Shown here piece after piece: positions 1-12,854 of a stretch of 64,000 nt of DNA. How positions within the stretch are numbered: position 1 is the stretch's first letter; each line of letters starts with the position of its first letter. This stretch comes from Phyllobates terribilis (taxonomy: Eukaryota). Location: NCBI RefSeq assembly GCF_046119375.1, contig NW_027362771.1:427862001-427926000 (forward strand). The letters are read 5' to 3'. Made by a program: the position numbers and the translations under genes. The notes below the pieces were generated by a model. The model had not been told where the DNA came from and made no database searches. It was given only the letters and a program-made list of their open reading frames with translations.

Positions 1-514
1 ATCCGTTGAAGCACCTGCTGTTTTTGTGCCTCATCTAGAATTTGTAGCGATGGGCGTGTCCGTAAGAATGGGATCGTATCACATTGTCCACGAAAAGAAG
101 TCGACATCTTAGTTTGGCTGGAAGATGGTCTTTCTTCTGCAGATGTTACTCCCCCCCCACCGTGGGGGGCCTCGACCCACCGGCGGACAGGCACCAGTAT
201 TGGGATAGGGGGGCTGGCCGTCAGGGTCCACCGCGGCTCTGGCACAAACCCGGCGACACAGAGGTGGCACAGGCAGGAACGGACTGGCCGTGTCGGCTTC
301 TCACTTTTTGGATTTTAGAAGGGCATGACATGCCTATATCTGTGTCTCCCCCTCCTTTTACTCCTCCACCTCTTTTCTTTTCGCATGACTATATGTACTT
401 GTCACTTTTCCATGTGTTAGTTGTGTCTTCTGAGCAGTTTGTCAGCTTTTGGACACCTTTGAAGGTGTTTTCTATGTGTTTCTATGTGTTTTTGTTTGCC
501 TGCCATTGGTTTTA

Positions 515-597
515 ACGGTGTTCGAAGGTGTTCGACGAACAGTTCGACGAACAGTTCGGCGAACACACGGGTGTTCGACGAACCGAACCGAACACAT
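515..597. repeat. Short tandem GTTCGACGAACA-like motifs, probably the subterminal region of the adjacent hAT element
   Basis: Repeated gttcga(c/a)gaac motifs directly upstream of the hAT transposase remnant. Confidence 0.5.
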
Positions 598-599
598 GA

Positions 600-2460
600 C
601 AGCAAAGCAGCTGACTAGCTGGGCCGAACGCCAAGGTCCAGAAACAGCGTCTGTGGGTGACATCACTGCCTCTTCCATTGTGTGTGCACGCTAATCCTCT
701 GTCCATGGCACATGCGAAGATGTCTTCTGTCCTGCACCTGTCGTTGCTGACTTGCAACAATCACCATCCACGTCCTTGTCCCTTTGCAGCGTTTAGTTGT
801 CCCTACCACAGTCATTGGAATGCAAGCGCAAGTAAGCAGCCAACCACCCACCCACACGCCACAATACTAAAATACCACATTTCTGGACTGCTCGCTTGCA
901 CTTGAAATGTTGCCTTTTAGGCTCGTGGAGGCGGAAGCTTTCCACAACCTCATGGCGGCGGCCGGGTGTCCATACTCGGTCCCCAGCCGCCACTATTTCA
1001 CCCGGTGTTGTCTCCGCCTTCCACAAGGATGGGTCCCAGAACATTACCCCTGCTCTCCCCAGTTCACTTAAGTGAAAAGGACCGCCTAACCACAAACATG
1101 TGGACAAGTGAATATAGCCAGGGACGGTTTATCTCACTGACGCATTCCACTGGGTTAATATTGTGGAAGCCGGGACTCTGGGACAGAACATGTCCTCCCA
1201 ATGCAGAGGATTGCGGACCATGGATCAATCAGGTTTGCCCCTACATTCTACAGCTCCTGCACCACCTCCTCCTCTTCAGCCTCCATCTCCATGACTTGAT
1301 TCATTTTTTCAGGAGATATTCCAGATTATTTACTTAAACTTCCTGTGTGCCAATAGCAATAAGCAGGACTGTATGCTTAGGCGACAAACCGCACACCATT
1401 GCAGAGTTGTTGAAATCTTTATCAGAGAACCTGGTGGCAGCTCTGAAGCTAGGCAAGCTCGCACACGTAGCATGCCTGGCCAATGTGCTCAACTCAGTGG
1501 TTCTGCGGCTTCTCAAAACCTACTCGGATGTAGAGGCGTCGCTGAAGCGGCTTGATAGAAATACGACCCTGGCTGCTGCATTCAGAATTGATTGGAGAGG
1601 AGACCGTTTGTTTAGAGGGAGACCGATTAGAAGAGAGTTGCAGTAGTGAATAAGAGTGACAGTAAGAGTTTTTGCAGTATCAAAGGTGAGAAAAGGTTGA
1701 CTTCTGGAGAAGTTTTTAAGGTGCAGGTGACATGAGCGAGTGAGTGATTTTCCACTTTGAATAAAGGAAAGTTGTGTGTCAAATATGACTCCAAGACAGC
1801 AGGTGTGCCAAGTGGGAGTTATGGTGGCACCACCTAAAGGAAATTGCAAAGTCAGGTATAGGTAGGTTAGTAGAGGGAGGAAACCGAAGGAGTTCAGTTT
1901 TGGAGATATTAAGTTCAGGCTCTTGTTGAAGAATTATAACAAAAACAAAAAAATTCCCATCTGACAACGCTGACGGCAGAGGTCACAGTCAGACAGTTCA
2001 TTGGACAACCAAGGAGTACAAGCGAGGGAGACACAAACCAAATGCGGCAGAGGCTGGAAAACACTGTCAAAGGTCTGGGACAGTTTTCTCACACCCTCCC
2101 AGCGCCCAGGCCCTGATACATGAGGTACTCTGACAAGGAGGGAAAAGTTTTGGAAGATGCTGAAGAACTATCTTGGCAACCATACCAGCGTCCTTCATGT
2201 TCCTCTCTGTCTCTGTGCCTTACAACTGTTGGGTATCCAAGCTGCACATGTGGCATGAACTGTCTCTCTACGCTTGGAGGTCCTGGCCGTTAGAGTTTTG
2301 TCAGAGATGCTTTTTAGTGCCACCGGGGGCATTATAACTGATAAAAATGATAGGCGCATCCATCCGCCTGTCAACTAAAAATGCTGACAGGCTGACTCTT
2401 ATAAAAATGAACAAGGGCTGGATTGGGCTAGACTTCTGAACACCACCAGATGATAGCATC
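600..2460 (+). pseudogene. hAT (ZBED-like) transposase remnant with internal deletion, interrupted by an L2 fragment
   Basis: Frameshifted translations include EMLPFRLVEAEAFHNLMAA..YSVPSRHYF and HVACLANVLN. The C-terminal dimerisation region is FSATGGIITD..ADRLTLIKMNKGWIG. Colinear with the copy at 58.1-62.1 kb. Confidence 0.85.
1528..1933 (-). mobile_element. L2 LINE reverse transcriptase fragment
   Basis: Minus-strand translation LGVIFDTQLSF..YCNSLLIGLP..LQSILNAAARVVFLSSRFSDAS, typical of the L2 RT C-terminal region. Confidence 0.8.
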
Positions 2461-2533
2461 AAACATAAACTCAAATCCAGTGGTTATTTTTTGGGGAGTC
2501 TATTCCCATGCACCCCTTCACACCCAGACATGG

Positions 2534-3562
2534 TGTGAAGACCCGGGGTCTTCCGTGGGCATAACGCTACTCAGACAACACAGGGTGAGGGTAAAACAGC
2601 GTGGCAATACTTTATTGAACCACAAAGCGGAGAATAAACACATAGAACAGTCCCAGCAAATGCCCAAGATGGTACAACATTACACAGTCTCACCCTTCCG
2701 CTCCTCCCCACTGAGATAGAATAGCCGCAACTTTGGAGACTTCCAGGGCTGACTACCTCAACCAGTGGCCCCCCACTTCAGGCGGGCCCCCACAGAGAGG
2801 AGGTAGTGGCAAGCTTAGGAAGCTAGCAGTCCGTCGAGGTACAAGACCAGGAGACCCGAGGGTCCCAACCTGGCCTGTCTGAGAGTTTCCATGGGGCCAG
2901 GTGACCAGTGGGTCCCTCCTGGCAACTCCAAATGTCTCCATGAGTTCTAAGCGACCGGTGGGTCCCTCCTAGCAACTCCAAAACAACTCCTGGACTCCCC
3001 AAAATGTATCCATGTCTTTCTGATTGTCAATGGAGCAGATCCAAATCTTTCCAGTCAGGGCCGGTACCCTTAGGCTAGAATGTAGAAGACAAATCCATGT
3101 CTCTTTGGATGATGCCATGCAATCCATCTACTTTCCTGAAGGAGGCCTCTCATTCTCCTTCTAAAGGTCTTTCTGATTCTCTGTCCCAAGACTCACTCTG
3201 TCTCAGAAATACCTGTCCCTTCTGCTTCTCTGGGCTCAGCCCCCTGAATGGCCAAACTGCCCTCCCCCTCCTCCCCCAAAGCTTAGTGTGTATATCACAT
3301 GTCAGAGGTAAAGGTGCAGGGCTCACCTATCATTGTTTGAGATAATCTATTTACATAGTCTTATCACAGGGGCTCTTGTAAATGCACATCATTGTTTCAG
3401 AATCAAAGAGCAGATAACATTCAGGGTTATACAAATAGTAGTCTGTGTTAATCAACTAAAGAAGAACAGAGATTAAAGAGTCAACATAAAAATAAAGGAA
3501 TGCTACTCTTGACATCAGAAAGTATGTCTGGCATAATTAAGATTTTACTCTGGGTATACACA
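2534..3562 (-). mobile_element. Solo-LTR-like insertion in the hAT 3' non-coding region
   Basis: Termini TGTGAAGACCC...GGGTATACACA (TG..CA, imperfect inverted repeat) and minus-strand AATAAA near 2610. The hAT flanks rejoin across it. No clean TSD seen. Confidence 0.5.
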
Positions 3563-3574
3563 TCATCAATTGTT

Positions 3575-3900
3575 CTATTTTATGTCGCCCTCCTCCTTCT
3601 CCTCATCCTCCACCACCATATCACCAGGGTGACCATGATGCAACACCCACATAATTTTTTTCTGATTAGAGACGAGTGAATATTTCAAGATTTGTTTCGC
3701 ATTACTATCGCCGTTTTTGCAATATTCGCCAATGTAATTGTTGAGTATTAGCCAAACATTTCCGAACGCCATTGGATTCAATGGGTGCCAAAACCAAACG
3801 CATACACAACACCTTCAAACGGGACCAAAAACTGGTAAAACACACCAATTTAGGGGCAATCACCAGGAAAGTGCCATCAATTGACCCAGAGTACAAGTAG
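3575..3900 (+). mobile_element. 3' subterminal region of the first hAT element
   Basis: CTCCTCCTTCTCCTCATCCTCCACCACCATATCACCAGGGTGACC matches the reverse complement of 58140-58185 in the last hAT copy. Confidence 0.6.
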
Positions 3901-4422
3901 TATAATTATTATTTATTATTATAGCGCCATTAATTCCACAATGCTTTACATATGAAAAGAGGTCGCTGACTGGTACAAGACCAGAGAGGTCCCTGCCCGT
4001 GAGGGCGCACAAACAGTCTATAAGGAATGAGTGAGGACAGAGTAGGTGAGGGTACAGCTGGTCGTACAGCTGGTCGTACAGCGGTATGGTGGAGCGAGGG
4101 TTACTGCAGCTTGTAGGCTTGTCGGAAGAGGTGGGTCTTCAGCTTCCTTTTAAAGGTTTCAACAGTAGGCGAGAGTCTGATATGTTGGTTCAAGAGTAGA
4201 AGGGATGCATAGGAAAAATCTTTTATGCGATTGTGGGAAAAGAAGATAAGACGGGAGTAGAGAAGGAGATCTTGTGAGGATCGGAGGTTGCGTGCAGGTA
4301 TGTACCGGGAGACTAGGTCACAGATATATGGAGGAGACAGGTTGTGGATGGCTTTGCATGTCATGGTTACGGTTTTGAACTGAAGTCTCTGGCCAATGGG
4401 GAGCCAGTGAAGGGATATTATA
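3901..4422 (-). mobile_element. L2 LINE 3' end (5'-truncated)
   Basis: ORF 4101-4457 reads SLHWLPIGQRLQFK..RNLRSSQD..FKRKLKTHLF. A short (TTA/TTTA) tail lies at ~3905-3920. Confidence 0.85.
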
Positions 4423-6713
4423 GGTTGCAATCTTATAGATTGCTGGAGCCAGTCCACAGTAAAAAATCAGCCATGGAGTGTCCGGGAACCTTCCTACAGA
4501 CTTTTCTTAGCCAGGGTTGCTTCTTGGCAGGGTTGGATGGGCCCACCAGAGAACTGGAGACTCCACTGGTGAGCCCAATGTTTTTCAGTCTGACACTGAT
4601 TCTCAGTGAGAGTTGTATTTCACCACAGCCATATTCTTTAGCTCGTTGAAAGGATTGGCATAGAGGGAAACCATATCTAGTCCGGCTGTCATTTCTCCGC
4701 CACCAGGTTCCGGCCATTGTCACACATGACCATGACTGGCTGTATGTTCAGCGGTGAGAGTCACAGATCAGGCTGCTGTGTTACAGCTTTCAACAACTCT
4801 GCAGCGGTGGGCGGTTTGTCACCTAAGCATTAAGCATATTATCTTCAGCACAGCCTGTTGCCGCTTGGCCAAGGCAGTGCTGCAGTGCTTCCGGCTTGTG
4901 ACTGATTTGGTCATTTCGGAGATGGAGGCCAAACAAGAGGAGAAGGAGGATGTCCAGGAGCTGAACAATGTGATTACATTGAGGTTACATTGGCGAGTCT
5001 GGTTTTTATAGTAAAGAAAGATCCTACTGTGTTTTTATTTATTTATTTATTTATTTATTTTTTTATGTCTCTTCAAAAGTGTTGGAGTTCGTCCTAATTT
5101 TTGGCCGCCCTTGAAATTGCTGCATATGCAATAACAGTATAGGAGACACACTCCTTAATAATGGGAAGGACAATTCAAATAGATTCTATATTCTAGAATA
5201 TTAACTGTCTTATCTGAAATTCTTTTACGGCTGAGGTATCGCAGTATGGATAGCGTATTACACCGATCCATCCAGGTATTATTGCCTTATACTGCGTACT
5301 GCCCAAAAAAATGTAAAATGTATTCCCTATCAATAATGCTGTTAGATGCGTTTACAATAGGGACAGGTGGTATCATCACCAGCTACAGATGAGTGTTCAT
5401 TATGGTCGCATAAATGTCTTCCACAGTCCATAACTTTATTTTTTTTATTTCTTTGGCCTTATATACAAGTCATTACCCTGGAAAGAATGTTTCTTAACTT
5501 TTTTTTCCATTTTAGCTTGTTTTTTGTATGTTTTTTTTTTTGTCAGTCAGTAAAAGTGGCGTAATACTCTGACAACATTGTTCACAGATATGCTATTTGT
5601 CAGCGGCTAACTGTGAATAGGTTTGAACCCACAACTGCAATACTTTAAATGGAGTGTAATATTTGACACGTTCACAAAAATTGCTGGATTATTAGTGCAG
5701 TCATATGGGATCACGTCTGATGGCCACGGTGTCAGGCAGTCGCCTAATAGTTTGTTATTTGTCAGCAACCAAGTGTCAATTGGTTCAACAAAACACAGCT
5801 GTCTGACTTTAAATGGAGTGAAATATTTGGCACGCTCCACAAAATTTCTGTATTATTACGGAAGTCATATGGATCACATGTGTTTGATCATTGAAAAAAG
5901 TTCTTCTTCCACAATGCTGTAATATGAATAAAATGAAAAAAATCTGGCTGTATTCTGCGAACAAGCAAATGGAGCTGTAAAATGGTGTACACTGACACAC
6001 TGCTACAAACTATAAATGGAGGACAATATATTCCACGTTCACAACAAATGGCTGATTTTGGAACGCAGTTATATGTGATACATCGACGGAGAACCACGGT
6101 TTTAAAAAGCGGGCCTGTAGTTTACTAATACTATGCTTCACAGCAACCTCGTGTGAATAGCTTCACTGACACGCTGCAACAAAATGTAAATGGAAGCCAG
6201 AAATGGCTGATTTTGGAATGCAGTTATATGTGATACGTCTGACTGCGAACCACGGTTTTAAATAGTGGGCCTGTAGTTTACTAATACTATTCTTCACAGC
6301 AACCTTGTGTGAATAACTTCACCGACACACTGCAACAAAATGGAAATGAAGGCCAATATTTTCCACGTTCAGTTCAAATTTCTGGATTTTTATCGCTGTA
6401 ATATGGAAAAGATCTGGCTGTATTCTGCAGTGCTAACAAGCAAATGGAGCAGAAAAATTGTGTACTCTGGATTGCTTTTTAAGCAAATAATTAGGATTAA
6501 GATAAAAAAAAATTAACCCCTGATATCTGGGGCTATGTCTACAAATATCTGTAACAACAGCAGCAGCAGACAGAATGTGCAAGGGACCACTTTGTGCTAT
6601 ATGCACTGCAGCCTGCCACAAACCCTGCTTGCCTGCCTAACTCCTGCTATCACCACTGAATATATTCAGCTGGATTAGTCCTCAGAAGGACTGTTGGTTA
6701 AGATGGATATATA

Positions 6714-8283
6714 CAGTCATGGCCAAAAGTTTTGAGAATGACACCAAAATGATATTTTCACATGATCTGCTGGCCTCTGGTTTTTATTAGTGTTTGTCTG
6801 ATGTTTATATCACATACAGAAATATAATTGCAATCATATTATGAGGACCAATAGGTTATATTGACAGTTAGAATGAGTTAATGCAGCAAGTCAATATTTG
6901 CAGTGTTGCCCCTTCTTCTTCAAGACCTCTGTAATTCTCCTTGGCATGCTGTCAATCAACTTTTGGACCAAATCCTTACTGATAGCAGTCCATTCTTGCA
7001 TAATCAATGCTTGCATTTTGCCAGAATTTGTTGGTTTTTGTTTGTTCACCCGTCTCTTGATGATTGACCACAAGTTCTCAATGGGATTAAGATCTGGGGA
7101 GTTTCCAGGCCATGGACCCAAAATCTCTATGTTTTGTTCCATGAGCCATTTAGTTATCACCTTTGCTTTATGGCAAGGTGCTCCATCATGCTGGAAAAGG
7201 CATTGTTGGGCGCCAAACTGCTCTTGGACGGTTGGGAGAAGTTGCTCTTGGAGGACATTCTGGTACCATTCTTTATTCATGGCTGTGTTTTTAGGCAAGA
7301 CTGTGAGTGAGCCGATTCCCTTGGCTGAGAAGCAACCCCACACATGAATGGTTTCAGGATGCTTTACAGTTGGCATGAGACAAGACTGGTGGTAGCGCTC
7401 ACCTCTTCTTCATCCTAATAAGCTGTTTTCCAGATGTCCCAAACAATCGAAAAGGGGATTCATCAGAGAAAATGACTTTGCCCCAGTCCTCAGCAGTCCA
7501 CTCCCTGTACCTTTTGCAGAATATCAGTCGGTCCCTGATGTTTTTTCTGGAGAGAAGTGGCTTCTTTGCTGCCCTCCTTGAAACCAGCCCTTGCTCAAAG
7601 AGTCTCCGCCTCACAGTGCGTGCAGAAGCACTCACACCAGCCTGCTGCCATTCCTGAGCAAGCTCAGCACTGCTGGTAGTCCAATCCCGCAGCTGAAACA
7701 GTTTTAAGATACGGTCCTGGCGCTTGCTGGTCTTTCTTGGGCGCCCTGGAGCCTTTTTGACAACAATGGAAGCTCTCTCCTTGAAGTTCTTGATGATGCA
7801 ATAGATTGTTGACTGAGGTGCAATCTTTGTAGCTGCGATACTCTTCCCTGTTAGGCCATTTTTGTGCAGTGCAATGATGGCTGCACGTGTTTCTTTAGAG
7901 ATAACCATGGTTAACTGAAGAGAAACAATGATACCAAGAACCAGCCTCCTTTTAAAGTGTCCAGTGATGTCATTCTTACTTAATCATGACTGACTGATCG
8001 CCAGCCCTGTCCTCATCAACACCCACACCTGTGTTAATGGATCAATCACTAAAACGATGTTAGCTGCTCCTTTTAAGGCAGGACTGCAATGATGTTGAAA
8101 TGTGTTTTGGGGGTTAATTTCATTTTCTGGGCAAATATTGACTTTGCAAGTACAGTAATTGCTGTTAAGCTGATCACTCTTTGACATTCAGGAGTATATG
8201 CAAATTGCCATCACAAAAAATGAAGCAGTAAACTTTGGAAAAATTACTATTTGTCTCATTCTCAATACTTTTGGCCATGACTG
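6714..8283 (-). mobile_element. Tc1-like transposon, DD35E (Traveler-type)
   Basis: TIR CAGTCATGGCCAAAAGT(T/A)TTGAGAATGA at both ends and TA on both sides (6712-13, 8284-85). There are 35 residues between the D of QHDGAP and the E of LNPIE. Confidence 0.92.
6891..7908 (-). pseudogene. DD35E transposase, apparently broken by a single frameshift near 7410
   Basis: ORFs 7399-7908 (HTH, GRPR, FSDES) and 6891-7376 (QHDGAP, PDLNPIE) join by one frame change. Confidence 0.9.
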
Positions 8284-8285
8284 TA

Positions 8286-9847
8286 CACTGTGTGCAGAAT
8301 TATTAGGCAAGTTGTATTTTAGAGGATTATTTTTATTATTGATCAACAACTATGTTCTCAATCAAACCAAAAGACCCTAAATATCCAAGCTTAATATTTT
8401 TGGAAGTTGGAGTGTTTTTTTTTTTAGATTTGGCTATCTTAGGAGGATATCTGTTTGTGCAGGTAACTATTACTGTGCAGAATTATTAGGCAACTTAATA
8501 AAAACCAAATATAATCCCATCTCATTTGTTTATTTTCACCAGGTAAACCAATATCAGTGCACAAAATTTAGAAATAAACATTTCTGACATGCAAAAACAA
8601 AAACCAAAAAAATTAGTGATCAATATAGCCACCTTTCTTTATGATGACACTCAACAGCCTTCCATCCATAGATTCTGTCAGTTGCTTGATTTGTTTTCGA
8701 TCAACATTGCGTGCAGCAGCCACCACAGCCTCCCAGACACTGTTCCGAGAGGTGTACTGTTTTCCCTCCCTGTAGATCTCACATTTTATGATGGACCACA
8801 GGTTCTCTATGGGGTTCAGATTAGGTGAACAAGGGGGCCATGTCATTATTTTTTCTTCTTTTAGACCTTTACTGGCCAGCCACGCTGTGGAGTAGTTGGA
8901 TGCATGTGATGGAGCATTGTCCTGCATGAAAATCATGTTTTTCTTGAACGATACCAACTTCTTCCTGTACCACTGCTTGAAGAAGTTGTCTTCCAGAAAC
9001 TAGCAGTAGGTCTGGGAGTTGAGCTTCACTCCATCCTCAACCCGAAAAGGTCCCACAAGTTCATCTTTGATGATACCAGCCCATACCAGTACCCCACCTC
9101 CACCTTGCTGGAGTCTGAGTCGGAGTGGAGTTCTCTGCCCTTTACTTTTCCAGCCTCTGGCCCCTCCATCTGGCCCATCAAAAGTCACTCTCATTTCATC
9201 AGTCCATAAAACCTTTGAAAAATCAGTCTTAAGATATTTCTTGGCCCATTCTTGACGTTTTATCTTATGTTTCTTGCTCAAAGGTGGTCATTTTTCAGCC
9301 TTCCTTACCTTGGCCATGTCCCTGAGTATCGCACACCTTGTGCTTTTTGATACTCCAGTAATGTTGCAGCTCTGAAATATGGCAAAACTGGTGGCGAATG
9401 GCATCTTGGCAGCTTCACGCTTGATTTTCTTCAATTCATGGGCAGTTATTTTGCGCCTTTTTTGGCCAACACGCTTCTTGCGACCCTGTTGGCTATTTGC
9501 CATGAAACGCTTGATTGTTCGGTGATCACACTTCAAAAGTTTGGAAATTTCAAGACTAATGCATCCCTCTGCAAGACATCTCACAATTTTGGACTTTTCA
9601 GAGCCCGTCAAATCTCTCTTCTCACCCATTTTGCCAAAGGATAGGAAGTTGCCTGATAATTAAGCACACCTTATATAAGGTGTTGATGTCATTAGTCAAC
9701 ACCCCTCCTCATTACAGAGATGCACATCACCAGATTTACTTAATTGGTAGTTGGCTCTCAAGCCTATGCAGCTTGGAGTAGGACAACATGTATAAAAAGT
9801 ATGATGTGATCAAAATACTCATTTGCCTAATCATTCTGCACACAGTG
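8286..9847 (-). mobile_element. Tc1-like transposon, DD37E (TRT-type), degenerate transposase 8613-9629
   Basis: TIR CACTGTGTGCAGAAT(T/G)ATTAGGCAA with TA flanks and an internal direct repeat of the TIR core near 8475. There are 37 residues between the D of MQDNAP and the E of LNPIE. Split over three ORFs. Confidence 0.92.
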
Positions 9848-10214
9848 TAGATATGCAGTGGAATACCTATACTAACTATAAACAAGCAAATCATTCCCTG
9901 ACTCAGCAGCAGCTCTCCCTACTCTGCCTGTTTCCGAGTTAGACTGTGACGAGCATAGCGGCACCAGGTCTTATATAGACCCGATGATGCTATGCGGCCA
10001 GCCAATCACTGTAATGCCCACAACCAACATGGCTACGGCATTACAGTGCGTGGCAAGCAATCACTGCATGTTCATTGGCTCTCTAAAGAGCGCCTAACAT
10101 TCAGGGCGGGGACCCGAGCAACTCGAAAATACTCACCGAGAGCCGAGCTTGTCGAGCACCGTGATGCTCAGGCTAGTACCGAGTAGTGGCAAGCAAGTTC
10201 ACTCATCACTCATC

Positions 10215-10440
10215 ATACAGTTATTGCATATGCAGTGAGTACAACGGCTGCCTAAATATGGGAAATACCCCAATACCAATTTGAAGACACATAGAGGTGG
10301 GCCTCCGTAACAACATGTTCCCATTAGAAAGGAGCGGTTCTGCTATACAGTTATTGCATGTGCAGTGAGTACAACGGCTGCCAAAAATTTGGACGCTCTC
10401 CATTGACCCTTGGAAGAGACGTAGCAGAGGTCCTTATTAA
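10215..10440. repeat. Two ~125-bp tandem units of the hAT 3' subterminal repeat
   Basis: ATACAGTTATTGCAT(A/G)TGCAGTGAGTACAACGGCTGCC occurs twice. Related to the units at 57560-57990. Confidence 0.7.
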
Positions 10441-10451
10441 AACATGAGAAC

Positions 10452-10786
10452 AAATATATATATCAAGTGCTTGTGCAAATAAATATGTACTCATTAAATA
10501 AACGGTGCAATTCATATGTAAGGAATTCATGTTCCAATGTAAACTAGCAAGGACGAAGCAAGGAGCGGAATGGAGTTGCAGCGGTGTGAGGGGGCTGGGG
10601 TATGTCTTCATTTCATCTTTTTATTATGACATGTTATATACCTTTCCCATTTGGGTTTGGACATTGGTTCTGACACTTCCTTCAGTTACGCTAGTTTACA
10701 TTGGAACATGAATTCCTTACATATGAATTGCACAGTGTATATTGTATTAGTACATATTTATTTGCTAAAGCACATTATATATATTT
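10452..10786. mobile_element. Foldback MITE-like element with ~95-bp inverted arms
   Basis: 10505-10548 is the perfect reverse complement of 10690-10733. Imperfect pairing extends outward to 10452/10786. Confidence 0.75.
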
Positions 10787-11029
10787 ATTCTCATTTTTTA
10801 CTTATTCTAGTATAGATGGTTATTAAATATTTTGTATGATTTAATATCTCTTGATTTCACTGGAGGCATATGCAGTCATATATATATATATGTAGATGTG
10901 TATGAATTATATCTTTTTGGCAACATCTATTCAAAAGAGAGGTTTTATATATTGTATATTTGTAAAAACTTTTGGGGACATACCCCTCCCCCCTCCCGAG
11001 CTGTTCTGTATTTAGTTTTTTTTTATGCA

Positions 11030-12709
11030 CAGTACAGACCAAAAGTTTGGACACACCTTCTCATTTAAAGATTTTTCTGTATTTTCATTACTATGAAAAT
11101 TGTACATTCACACTGAAGGCATCAAAACTATGAATTAACACATGTGGAATTATATACTTAACAAAAAAGTGTGAAACAACTGAAAATATGTCTTATATTC
11201 TAGGTTCTTCAAAGTAGCCACCTTTTGCTTTGATGACTGCATTGCACACTCTTGGCATTCTCTTGATGAGCTTCAAGAGGTAGTCACCGGAAATGGTCTT
11301 CCAACAATCTTGAAGGTGTTCCCAAAGATGCTTAGCACTTGTTGGCCCTTTTGCCTTCACTCTGCGGTCCAGCTCACCTCAAACCATCTCGATTGGGTTC
11401 AGGTCTGGTGACTGTGGAGGCCAGGTTATCTGGCGTAGCACCCCATCACTCTCCTTCTTGGTCAAATAGCCCTTACACAGCCTGGAGGTGTGTTTGGGGT
11501 CATTGTCCTGTTGAAAAATAAATGATGGTCCAACTAAACGCAAACCGGATGGAATAGCATGCCGCTGCAAGATGCTGTGGTAGCCATGCTGGTTCAGTAT
11601 GCCTTAAATTTTGAATAAATCCCCAACAGTGTCACCAGCAAAGCACCCCCACACCATCACACCTCCTCCTCCATGCTTCACGGTGGGAACCAGGCATGTA
11701 GAGTCCATCCGTTCACCTTTTCTGCGTCGCACAAAGATGCAGTGGTTGGAACCAAAGATCTCAAATTTGGAAAATTGGACCATTTTGGACATTTTGGACA
11801 AATTTGGACATTAGACCAGTGGAAATCAGACCAAAGCACAGATTTCCACTGGTCTAATGTCCATTCCTTGTGTTCTTTAGCCCAAATAAGTCTCTTCTGC
11901 TTGTTGCCTGTCCTTAGCAGTGGTTTCCTAGCAGCTATTTTACCATGAAGGCCTGCTGAACAAAGTCTCCTCTTAACTGCTGTTGAAGAGATGTGTCTGC
12001 TGCTAGAACTCTGTGTGGCATTGACCTGGTCTCTAATCTGAGCTGCTGTTAACCTGCGATTTCTGAGACTGGTGACTCGGATAAACTTATCCTCAGAGGC
12101 AGAGGTGACTCTTGGTCTTCCTTTCCTGGGGCGGTCCTCATGTGAGCCAGTTTCTTTGTAGCGCTTGATGGTTTTTGCAACTGCACTTGGGGACACTTTC
12201 AAAGTTTTCCCAATTTTTCAGACTGACTGACCTTCATTTCTTAAAGTAATGATGGCCACTCGTTTTTCTTTACTTAGCTGCTTTTTTCTTGCCATAATAC
12301 AAATTCTAACAGTCTATTCAGTACGACTATCAGATGTGTATCCACCTGACTTCTGCACAACACAACTGATGGTCCCAACCACATTTATAAGGCAAGAAAT
12401 CCCACTTATTAAACCTGACAGGGCACACCTGTGAAGTGAAAACCATTTCCGGTGACTACCTCTTGAAGCTCATCAAGAGAATGCAAAGAGTGTGCAAAGC
12501 AGTCATCAAAGCAAAAGGTGGCTACTTTGAAGAACCTAGAATATAAGACATATTTTCAGTTGTTTCACACTTTTTTGTTAAGTATATAATTCTACATGTG
12601 TTAATTCATAGTTTTGATGCCTTCAGTGTGAATGTACAATTTTCATAGTCGTGAAAATACAGAAAAATCTTTAAATGAGAAGGTGTGTCCAAACTTTTGG
12701 TCTGTACTG
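11030..12709 (-). mobile_element. Tc1-like transposon, DD38E (Intruder-type), disrupted copy
   Basis: ~260-bp TIRs starting CAGTACAGACCAAAAGTTTGGACACACC. Near-identical to 42883-44512, but with a ~53-nt insertion at 11772-11824 and stops. Flanked by CA on both sides. Confidence 0.93.
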
Positions 12710-12854
12710 CATATGAATTATACTTTACACTGTTGTGGTCCCGTATCATACCTTTTTGTTGTTTTTTGGTATGTGTGTGAGCCCGCCTCGCTTCAGAGCC
12801 ACCACCAGGTTCCGGCCATTGTCACACATGACCATACTTGGCTGTAGGTTCACG

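Larger units (their letters stand above)
4700..10210 (-). mobile_element. Internally deleted hAT element (transposase fragment 4700-4970, 5' non-coding region with ~155-bp subrepeats, terminus ..CTCATCACT) hosting two Tc1 insertions
   Basis: 4720-4930 is homologous to 59750-59950. Segments 5990-6713 and 9850-10210 are colinear with the uninterrupted copy at 36425-37156. Confidence 0.7.

Noticed and set aside
1-330. Possible N-terminus of another hAT on the minus strand (..RPSLQILDEAQKQQVLQR)
   Set aside because: The resemblance is too weak and the segment is cut by the window edge.
4430-4700. Unassigned segment with partial Penelope-like (LDMVSLYANP) or Tc1-like words
   Set aside because: No consistent frame or second motif, so it cannot be called.
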